63,346 bases of DNA, from positions 1 to 63,346 of the forward strand of contig JAGOOP010000008.1 of the NCBI GenBank assembly GCA_017992455.1, written 5' to 3'. Of this stretch, positions 55,378 through 62,162 are shown one piece after another. Numbering within the stretch: position 1 is the stretch's first letter; each line of letters begins with the position of its first letter. This DNA is from Candidatus Omnitrophota bacterium. GTDB lineage: Bacteria > Omnitrophota > Gorgyraeia > Gygaellales > Profunditerraquicolaceae. Position numbers and translations under genes: made by a program. The notes below the pieces were generated by a model. It was not told where the DNA came from and ran no database searches. It saw nothing but the letters and a program-made list of their open reading frames with translations.

Positions 55378-57059
55378 CGCTCAGGCGAACATCGAGCGTT
55401 CGATGCAGTAACAAGCGCCTTGCAGGTTTCTCCTGCAGGGCGCTTGTCGTTTTGGGGCGGTTTATGGGCCTCCGGAACAGATAGTCTGCATGATAGGCTG
55501 TCTACAGTCGGTTGATCTATGTACATTTTTATTTCGATATAGTCTTGGTACACGATGATTTCTTTGATAAGGGCTTTTATCAAGGCTTTTCGGGCATCAG
55601 GAGGGGCCTGATCGAGATATTGCATGGCAAATCGAAGGTTAGAATGTAAAAACTCTCCCGAATTTGCAGACATCTGGGCAACACTCTTCTTAGCTTGTAG
55701 TTTTTCCAAGTCGTCTTCCAGCCTAATAATTTCCTCATCCAGCTTTGCCATTTTATCTTTGTAAGTTTTTCCTTGCGATACCTTGCTGTTCATGGCCAGT
55801 TCGAGAAGCTTGTTTGCTTCTTTTTGAACTGATAAGAGTTTCTCTTGAAGAGGTTTGATGAGTTTTTCGAGGTTTTCCAGCTTTATTTGCGAATCCAAGA
55901 TAGCATCGCCGATAGCTTTTACGATGATATTTTGATCGCGGGAAGCCCGCTTAAAATAATCGATGAGAGCATCATCGAATCCCTTGGCAGATAACCGTGA
56001 CGCTTCGCAACCCAATCCTTGTTTCGATCTGCCGCAGACATAGTAAAAGAATTTTTCGGAATGCCCGTTCCCGCTTTCGCAGACATAGTGACTGCCGCAT
56101 TTCCCGCACTTAAGGATTCCGGATAAGAGATAAATGTACTCCTGCGGTTGCTTTGCAAAGCGATGTCCGGGAAGTTTTGCGGTTAGAATTTTGTTTGCCT
56201 TTTCCCATAGATGTTCATCGACAATAGCCGGATGATGGCCCTTATGTATTTCATTTCCGTATTTGACATAGCCTTTATGGAATGGATTTTTAATAATCCA
56301 AGCGACGCTTTGTTTACGCCAGACTTTTTGGCTCGGTGTTTTTATACCTCTGCGGATTAACTCTTGCGCGATATCGTAAAGAGATCTGTTATCAGCCGCC
56401 ATTTCCCAGATGAAACGCAATTTGGTGCCGTTTTCAGGGTCGACGATTATTTTATGCGGCTGTCTTCCGTTCGGCAAGGGATCGCCGTCATCGATTAACT
56501 TGTAGCCGAAGGGGACATTGCCGCCCACCCATTTGCCTTGTCTTACTCTAGCTAAGCAGGAAGCTTTGACACGCTCGCCTGTCAGCTCGCGTTCGAACGC
56601 GGAGAGGAGTCCGAGTATTCCTATAACCACGCGGCCGATCGCAGTCGAGCTGTCCAAGTTTTCGCGCACGGATATGAAATCTATTCCGGTATCGCGGAAT
56701 AAATCTATGAGGGCGTATAGATCGCGCGGGTTACGCGTGAGCCGGTCAAGCCGAAAGAATATTATACCGTCGAATTTCTTTTGTTTTACATTGGTGAGGA
56801 TTAACTGTATTCCGGGGCGGTTCAAATCTTTTCCAGAATAACCGTCATCCTTGATTATGCCTTTTTTCCCGATCTCGGCCAATTCGTATCCGAAGGCATC
56901 CAACATGTTTTTGCAGTGATAAGCCTGAGCATCCAAAGTGGTAAAATCGCCTTGCGCTTGATCATCCGTTGAGCAACGCGTATAGATGACATAGCGTTTT
57001 TTCTTTTGAGTATTTGTATTAGGCGTAATCATTAATTTTGTGTACCCTGTTTCAGGCAT
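55224..57059 (-). CDS. Large serine recombinase (phage integrase type)
   Basis: It has a resolvase catalytic N-terminus 'YVIYTRCSTDDQ', a recombinase domain, a Zn ribbon 'CGKCGSHYVC..YYVCG', a coiled coil and 'IIVYQDYIEIKMYID'. The last ~85-95 codons run antisense through the neighbouring terminator and gene. Confidence 0.85.
   Translation of the reverse strand: MPETGYTKLMITPNTNTQKKKRYVIYTRCSTDDQAQGDFTTLDAQAYHCKNMLDAFGYELAEIGKKGIIKDDGYSGKDLNRPGIQLILTNVKQKKFDGIIFFRLDRLTRNPRDLYALIDLFRDTGIDFISVRENLDSSTAIGRVVIGILGLLSAFERELTGERVKASCLARVRQGKWVGGNVPFGYKLIDDGDPLPNGRQPHKIIVDPENGTKLRFIWEMAADNRSLYDIAQELIRRGIKTPSQKVWRKQSVAWIIKNPFHKGYVKYGNEIHKGHHPAIVDEHLWEKANKILTAKLPGHRFAKQPQEYIYLLSGILKCGKCGSHYVCESGNGHSEKFFYYVCGRSKQGLGCEASRLSAKGFDDALIDYFKRASRDQNIIVKAIGDAILDSQIKLENLEKLIKPLQEKLLSVQKEANKLLELAMNSKVSQGKTYKDKMAKLDEEIIRLEDDLEKLQAKKSVAQMSANSGEFLHSNLRFAMQYLDQAPPDARKALIKALIKEIIVYQDYIEIKMYIDQPTVDSLSCRLSVPEAHKPPQNDKRPAGETCKALVTASNARCSPERQGWLTEESLVNDMAVFDRSDCCMISGKPLTALWMNVPFPVHHCAPVSVLR
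55411..55453 (+). terminator. Intrinsic terminator of the large protein gene
   Basis: ACAAGCGCCTTGCAGG-tttct-CCTGCAGGGCGCTTGT has one G.U pair and is followed by CGTTTT. Confidence 0.7.
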
Positions 57060-57095
57060 CCGCCGTGTAAAAAGAATTTTTTTACACGGCGGATG
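57057..57095. promoter_or_regulatory. Perfect 17-bp inverted repeat overlapping the recombinase start codon (terminator of the upstream minus-strand gene and/or translational occlusion)
   Basis: CATCCGCCGTGTAAAAA-gaatt-TTTTTACACGGCGGATG is present. CAT (57057-57059) is the complement of the recombinase ATG. Confidence 0.6.
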
Positions 57096-57104
57096 AAAGA
57101 TGTT

Positions 57105-57431
57105 TTATGCCTGAACGTCTTTTTTGTTTTTGCCTTTCCCCCAACCGGCTTTCCATCTGGTTACTGCCCCGGAAACGATTTCGTTGATGTGTTCCTGGGT
57201 GGCACCTTCCTTAAGGATCTCAACCAATTCTTCTTTGTTGATTACCCGGAAGTTTTTAATGCCGCGCTCTTTTGCCAAGAGCATCAGCTCGTTGCGCGTC
57301 GGCTCCTTGGCGGATGGTTCGTCGGTAACCGGCGCTTTGGTTTTTTGAGTTTTTGATTTCTTCCTGCCGTAATGCTTGGCATGAAGCTTATGCAAAAACT
57401 CCTTGTCTTTCTTTTTCTGTTCTGCAGTCAT
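57105..57431 (-). CDS. Small basic protein with a Rho_N/HeH (SAP-like) DNA-binding motif
   Basis: 'TRNELMLLAKERGIKNFRVINKEELVEIL' and a Lys-rich N-terminus are present. The ATG at 57431 follows GGGGGTGA (the listed ORF extends to 57494). Confidence 0.5.
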   Translation of the reverse strand: MTAEQKKKDKEFLHKLHAKHYGRKKSKTQKTKAPVTDEPSAKEPTRNELMLLAKERGIKNFRVINKEELVEILKEGATQEHINEIVSGAVTRWKAGWGKGKNKKDVQA

Positions 57432-57576
57432 GCGGTCGTCACCCCCTTTCATTTTTAGACACCCCAACCCTATAACAAAAATTAAGCAAGTCAAGCTATA
57501 TCAATGAGTTAAGTCAATTTTACGTCTTGCCTCAGAGTTCGCCCTCAATGCGTATATATCGTTTTTTTTCTCGGAT

Positions 57577-57596
57577 TGTCACAACGTGCTGTGACA
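57577..57596. promoter_or_regulatory. Operator-like inverted repeat TGTCACA-N6-TGTGACA overlapping the -35 of the rightward early promoter
   Basis: ttGTCACAacgtgcTGTGACag lies in the divergent region between the minus- and plus-strand phage genes. Confidence 0.45.
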
Positions 57597-57642
57597 GTTT
57601 TTCAAGAAACCCGATATACACGCGGTAGAGGTGAGAAAAATG
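57590..57642 (+). promoter_or_regulatory. 53-nt promoter-leader module, copy 1 (TGTGACAGTTT-N12-GATATACACGC-N16-ATG)
   Basis: It is identical in block spacing to 58542-58594. It shows a GTGACA/TATACA sigma70-like geometry and a GAGG SD. Confidence 0.5.
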
Positions 57643-57855
57643 GGGCAGCGGATAAAAAATAATTTTCAGAAAAGATTTGGAGATCGCATTCATGTGATTT
57701 ACGCAGAGCATTCTACCGTAACGGAAAAAGAGATTTTAAAAACAAGGCTTTGCGAGGCAATCACAAAGGTTTTGTCCGGAATTCTCGGGAGGGAGCCGAC
57801 TCAGAGGGAATTGCTGGGCATCGACGATTTGTCGAGGAACAAAAAACATAAATAG
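57640..57855 (+). CDS. Hypothetical small phage protein (71 aa)
   Basis: The ATG at 57640 is placed by analogy with module copy 2. No motif was recognised. Confidence 0.4.
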   Translation: MGQRIKNNFQKRFGDRIHVIYAEHSTVTEKEILKTRLCEAITKVLSGILGREPTQRELLGIDDLSRNKKHK

Positions 57856-57967
57856 CGATACCTCCGTGAATGTTTATGAGCCCTCCGTGATTTACTTCAC
57901 GACGTTAAATGCATATCGTTGATTAGGGCTCGCTTGAGACACCTCAGAAAAACAAAGGAGGTGTCTC

Positions 57968-58540
57968 GTGAGTCTCAATTACGGGGGTTTATTTGAAAGT
58001 TGGGAGATTGCCGTTGCTAAAAAAATTATTAATGCATATCGAAAAAAATGGAAATGTCTTGAGAGGGAAGGGTTCGATGATCTGCTACAGGAATGTCTTA
58101 TTCATTGGACGGATGTTCGTGACAGGTATGATCCCGGCCGCGGCGCGTCAAAAAATACCTATATGGCGGAGGTTGTTTCGAATGTGCTCGGCCACATGGT
58201 CGAGAAGGCGAGAACGGATAAAAGGAAAACAATCTATCAGAGTTTATCGTTGGATCAGCCTATCAATGACGGGGAAGACGCGCCGGTATTAAAAGACAAA
58301 ATATCTGCCAATAATGATGATCTGCCTCAGATCAATTCGGAACTCAAGATAGAAATCTCCAGAGTATTTCAAAAGCTGACCCCTCAACAGCAGAAGTTAT
58401 GTGAGCTTTTGGGCGAAGAAGGTTTGAATATAAGCGAAGCATCCAGACGTCTCGACAAGCACAGGATGATTATTTATCGAGAAATAATGCGAATCAGGGA
58501 GTTGTTTGAGAAAGAAGGGCTTAAAGATTATTTGAAATGA
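57968..58540 (+). CDS. Sigma-70-family RNA polymerase sigma factor (regions 2 and 4 only; phage-encoded)
   Basis: It has region 2 'FDDLLQECLIHWTDVRDRYDPGRGASKNTYMAEVV' and a region 4 HTH 'LNISEASRRLDKHRMIIYREIMRI'. A GTG start follows an AGGAGG SD. Confidence 0.7.
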   Translation: MSLNYGGLFESWEIAVAKKIINAYRKKWKCLEREGFDDLLQECLIHWTDVRDRYDPGRGASKNTYMAEVVSNVLGHMVEKARTDKRKTIYQSLSLDQPINDGEDAPVLKDKISANNDDLPQINSELKIEISRVFQKLTPQQQKLCELLGEEGLNISEASRRLDKHRMIIYREIMRIRELFEKEGLKDYLK

Positions 58541-58541
58541 G

Positions 58542-58594
58542 TGTGACAGTTTCGAGAAAAAGGCGATATACACGCAATGGAGGCAATAAAGATG
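58542..58594 (+). promoter_or_regulatory. 53-nt promoter-leader module, copy 2
   Basis: TGTGACAGTTT-cgagaaaaaggc-GATATACACGC-aatggaggcaataaag-ATG is present. Confidence 0.5.
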
Positions 58595-58867
58595 ACGGAT
58601 GTATGTAAGTTTAAATTTCATGAAAAAATCGGGAAAAGAAACATCGAAAAGCAAATAGCCCGCGCCATTGAAACGGCTGAATATGCTTTCGGACAAGCTA
58701 AGGTGAGACTTCATGCCGCCTATTTGGCTACAAATGACAAAGTCGTTATCGATGCCTCTAGTGAAGTCGGAGAATACATTGCCCAAATATTTATCGGATT
58801 AATGACTCGCAAAATCGGTGAAAATAAATTTACGGTGGAAAGAATAAGAAGGAGCGGCGAGCTATGA
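58592..58867 (+). CDS. Hypothetical phage protein (91 aa)
   Basis: The ATG at 58592 lies 8 nt after GGAGG (the listed ORF starts at 58577). No motif was recognised. Confidence 0.4.
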   Translation: MTDVCKFKFHEKIGKRNIEKQIARAIETAEYAFGQAKVRLHAAYLATNDKVVIDASSEVGEYIAQIFIGLMTRKIGENKFTVERIRRSGEL

Positions 58868-59181
58868 AAAGCAATAAAGGATGGAAGGATTTATACAAAA
58901 AAATGAACTGGTACAACCGGCAAAAGTTTATTGAAGCCAACCGGCCGTTCGGCAAGGACCCGAAAGAGTTTAAAGAGGTGGCGATGTGGATGCTCGCCGG
59001 CCTGTCTATCTTCGGTGTTGTCTTGAACGTGCATAAAGACCCGGCCGGGTTTCTGGTGTGGATGTTTACGAATGCCTGTTGGGCAGTGATTGATTTCCGG
59101 AAGCGTTTGTATGCGCAGTCATTCCTGTTCGTTGTGTACTTCTTTTTGGCGCTCTGGGGATGGATTAGTTGGGTGAGATGA
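58864..59181 (+). CDS. Small membrane protein (about 3 TM); weak resemblance to the C-terminal part of PnuC-type transporters
   Basis: The TM segments are 'VAMWMLAGLSIFGVVLNV', 'FLVWMFTNACWAVI' and 'FLFVVYFFLALWGWISW'. Confidence 0.4.
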   Translation: MKSNKGWKDLYKKMNWYNRQKFIEANRPFGKDPKEFKEVAMWMLAGLSIFGVVLNVHKDPAGFLVWMFTNACWAVIDFRKRLYAQSFLFVVYFFLALWGWISWVR

Positions 59182-59188
59182 GAAAGTC

Positions 59189-59992
59189 ATGGGCAATATC
59201 GATATCAGGGATTTACGTGACGGGAAATTTCTATGGATAGACAAAGCCGCTTTGAATCTGGTCAGTGCGAAGGCCGGTAACCGCGGCGTCGCCGTCTATT
59301 CGTGGCTGTGTTATTACGCCAACGCCAAGAATCAAAATTGCTTTCCGTCCTTGCGGACGCTTGCCAATCACTGCAATGTCAGCCGCAGGACGATTATGCG
59401 CACGATCAAAGTCCTTGAGAAGATCGAAATCGTTTCGATTGAACGAAAAAAAGGGAAGCCGAATGTTTATAAATTGCTCAATTCGCCTGTGGATAAAAGT
59501 AGTGACACCAGTGTCACCGGTGACACGCACGGCACCGGAGTAGTGACATCGGTGTCACCACCGGTGGTGTCAGCCGTGTCACCCAAACAAGAATTAAATG
59601 ATCAAAAAGAAACGAACAAAACGGACGTTTGTTTGCCCGGGCTGTGGATAAGTTCAAGTTTACCTTACGGAATTCCGGGCAAGGAGCAGGTAGCGGAACT
59701 GGCTTCATGGTGCGAGAGGCTCTTAGGCGAAGTCAATCTGTACAGGTTGCTTATGGAATACCGTACGGACAAGGGATTCCCACCCAAGCCGGATGTGGTT
59801 ATCGCGTTGTGTAAGCAGTTCATGCAGGGTAAGGCAAAGGTAAAGAACGCTTGGGGCTGGTTTAAGAAGGCAATTGACGGACAGATGAGGCAGGTCTTGA
59901 TGGATATAAGGCTTAAGGAGCACGAAAAACTTAAGAAAGAACCGGCTGTGATAGGGCAGTTGCTGTCGCAGTTCGTTCCTCGTCGTGAGTAG
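59189..59992 (+). CDS. Winged-helix DNA-binding protein, putative phage replication initiator/organiser
   Basis: It has an N-terminal wHTH 'FPSLRTLANHCNVSRRTIMRTIKVLEKIEIVS'. The central region carries a GTGACA/TGTCAC repeat cluster. Confidence 0.5.
   Translation: MGNIDIRDLRDGKFLWIDKAALNLVSAKAGNRGVAVYSWLCYYANAKNQNCFPSLRTLANHCNVSRRTIMRTIKVLEKIEIVSIERKKGKPNVYKLLNSPVDKSSDTSVTGDTHGTGVVTSVSPPVVSAVSPKQELNDQKETNKTDVCLPGLWISSSLPYGIPGKEQVAELASWCERLLGEVNLYRLLMEYRTDKGFPPKPDVVIALCKQFMQGKAKVKNAWGWFKKAIDGQMRQVLMDIRLKEHEKLKKEPAVIGQLLSQFVPRRE
59502..59583. repeat. Cluster of seven GTGACA(C)/(G)TGTCAC motifs (iteron-like, candidate origin) inside the initiator gene
   Basis: Copies lie at 59502, 59511, 59520, 59543, 59552, 59567 and 59576. 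Two pairs form the palindromes GTGACACCAGTGTCAC and GTGACATCGGTGTCAC. Confidence 0.6.
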
Positions 59993-60238
59993 GCTGGCGG
60001 GTCCTTGGAAGGGGGTGTCGGGCGAGGGTCGGGCGAGGCGCGAGCCTTCAGTGATGAGGGGTTCAAAAAACGATGTCCATGTCCATCACTTTTGGGGTTT
60101 TGCACACTATGCATAAAAACGGCTTAACGGGCTGTTTCCGTCGGGAATACGGGCTTTTTTTGATTAAAAGACACGTCTGCAAGAGATTAAAAAAGGGCAT
60201 TTTGATGGACATGAGCGGACATAAAAAAGGAGAAAATC

Positions 60239-61543
60239 GTGGCAAAAATCAATGTTAAACCGGAAATCGCTGAGGTCAAGGTGGAGGACTTAAAACCGGC
60301 GCCGTACAACCCCCGGGAAATAACCGAGCCTGCCTATGCGGGGCTTAAGCATAGCTTGGAGAAGTTCGGGTATGTGGATCTGTTGATCGTTAATAAGCGG
60401 AACATGAGGATCGTGTCCGGCCATCAGCGGTACAAGGTACTGCAGGCTGACGGAGTAGAAAAGGTCGATGTCATCATGGTCGATCTGGACGAAATCCAAG
60501 AGCAGGCGATGAACGTGACGCTCAATAATAGCGAGATTGCCGGTCAATGGACGGCCGCGCTGATTCCGCTTTTGGAGAGGTTGAGAAAAGAAGCCGGTGA
60601 TGATTACCTCAACTTGCGGCTTCAAAGCCTGCGGGAGAGTGTCGGGGACATGGGTGTCGAGAATTTGGGGAGCGGAAAAACGCTTCCGGACGATATCCCG
60701 GAGCCGCCCGAAAAGCCGGTTACCAAGAAGGGCGACCTATGGATCCTTGGTGAACACCGGCTTTTGTGCGGGGATTCTACCAGCGAGGCAGATGTCGCGC
60801 GGCTTATGGACGGTCATAAGGCAAGTTTATTGGCAACCGACCCGCCGTATTGCGTGGATTATACCGGTGCGGATAGGCCCAACGGCGGCCGGGACTGGTC
60901 GAATGTTTATCACGAGATCGATATTCCGGACGCGGTAGATTTCATGCGCAAGTTTCTGACCGTGGGTCTCGGTTTTATCAAAGAAAAGACCGCGCTCTAT
61001 ATGTGGCATGCCTCAAAGCGCCGATCCGACATTGAGGGCCTCTGCAAAGAGATCGGTATTCTTATTCATCAGGAGATCGTCTGGGTCAAGCCGTGTGTCA
61101 TTTTGACCTACTCATTTTATTCGTGGCGGCATGAGCCGTGCCTTTTGATGTGGGTCAAAGGCCATAAGCCGGAGTATAAGCCCAAAAACAAGGCGATCGG
61201 CAGTGTCTGGACGGTCGGTTTTTTAAGAACGGGAGATCCGGAAACGCCGGAATATCACACCGATGTCTGGGAATTGGACTGGGAAGGCAAGAAGCGCAAT
61301 CCGGGCCTTGATCATCCGACCGTAAAGCCGACCGAGGTTTTTGCCATACCCATGCGGGTTCATACTACCCCGGGGGATGTTTGTTATGAGCCGTTTTCCG
61401 GTTCTGGATCGCAAATTATCGCTGGCGAAAGACTGAACCGGAGAGTGTTCGCCATGGAGATCGAGCCGGTTTTCTGCGATGTGGCGGTCAGACGCTGGGA
61501 GGAATTTACAGGAAAAAAAGCGATAAGGGAAACGAATGGATGA
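60239..61543 (+). CDS. ParB-like nuclease domain fused to a DNA methyltransferase (N6-adenine/N4-cytosine, DPPY type)
   Basis: It has the N-terminus 'PAPYNPREI..VSGHQRYKVL', motif IV 'LLATDPPY' and motif I 'EPFSGSGSQ'. A GTG start follows an AAGGAG SD. Confidence 0.8.
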   Translation: MAKINVKPEIAEVKVEDLKPAPYNPREITEPAYAGLKHSLEKFGYVDLLIVNKRNMRIVSGHQRYKVLQADGVEKVDVIMVDLDEIQEQAMNVTLNNSEIAGQWTAALIPLLERLRKEAGDDYLNLRLQSLRESVGDMGVENLGSGKTLPDDIPEPPEKPVTKKGDLWILGEHRLLCGDSTSEADVARLMDGHKASLLATDPPYCVDYTGADRPNGGRDWSNVYHEIDIPDAVDFMRKFLTVGLGFIKEKTALYMWHASKRRSDIEGLCKEIGILIHQEIVWVKPCVILTYSFYSWRHEPCLLMWVKGHKPEYKPKNKAIGSVWTVGFLRTGDPETPEYHTDVWELDWEGKKRNPGLDHPTVKPTEVFAIPMRVHTTPGDVCYEPFSGSGSQIIAGERLNRRVFAMEIEPVFCDVAVRRWEEFTGKKAIRETNG

Positions 61544-62162
61544 AAAGAACCGCAACCTTGTTGAGATTGCCAAAAAGAAACGTTACATCGCCCTTGTCGA
61601 AAAGCTGGGGCGCGGTTCGCTTTCGTCCAAGGAACTCAAAGAGCTTGAGGAGTTTGAGAAATCCGAACAGCGGCCAGCGGGGGTTATCGATGGAACGGTA
61701 GATCTGCCGACCTTATGTGTTTATCTCGAGAAATCCCCGCGGATGATCAGGCGGTATGTCCAGCAGGGCATGCCGGTCTTCAGGGACGCGGTCGGTGAGA
61801 TCGCGCGGTTTAAGGTCGGGGATGTTTTCAAGTGGTTCTATAAAAAGCAGGGATCGGAAGAGGACAACGGCAAGGATTACTGGGACAAGGAATACCGCAA
61901 GAACCGCGCGAAGCTGAGCGAAATCGAGTTAAAGCAGAAAGAAGGGGAGGTCATCCCTTTCGAGGATCACGTTTCAATCGTCAAAAACCAGATCCGGGGT
62001 ATCAAGGCCGGATTCCTTCGTTTGCCGAAGCATATCGCGCCGAAACTTTATCAGCAGGATCCGAAGGTTATCTGTGAAATGCTTGATCAGGAGATCAGGT
62101 ACATCATCGAACAATTTGCGGGGAAGCAGAATGTCAATAAAGCTGGGAAGGGAAATCCTTAA
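61536..62162 (+). CDS. Putative terminase small subunit (Nu1-like HTH)
   Basis: It has an HTH-like 'LCVYLEKSPRMIRRYVQQGMPV' and lies immediately upstream of, and overlapping, the large terminase. Confidence 0.55.
   Translation: MDEKNRNLVEIAKKKRYIALVEKLGRGSLSSKELKELEEFEKSEQRPAGVIDGTVDLPTLCVYLEKSPRMIRRYVQQGMPVFRDAVGEIARFKVGDVFKWFYKKQGSEEDNGKDYWDKEYRKNRAKLSEIELKQKEGEVIPFEDHVSIVKNQIRGIKAGFLRLPKHIAPKLYQQDPKVICEMLDQEIRYIIEQFAGKQNVNKAGKGNP

Noticed and set aside
57093-57356. Plus-strand ORFs 57093-57356 and 57124-57348.
   Set aside because: They are antisense to the minus-strand HeH-motif gene, which has an SD-preceded ATG and a recognisable DNA-binding motif. No motifs are present in the plus-strand translations.
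59993-60238. Repeated ATGTCCAT/ATGGACAT motifs in the gap before the ParB-methyltransferase gene, considered as a possible cos or pac site or small genes (60063-60245, 60073-60258).
   Set aside because: There are only two short, imperfect occurrences, and the position is not adjacent to terS. The small ORFs lack an SD and any motifs. The evidence is insufficient to call anything.
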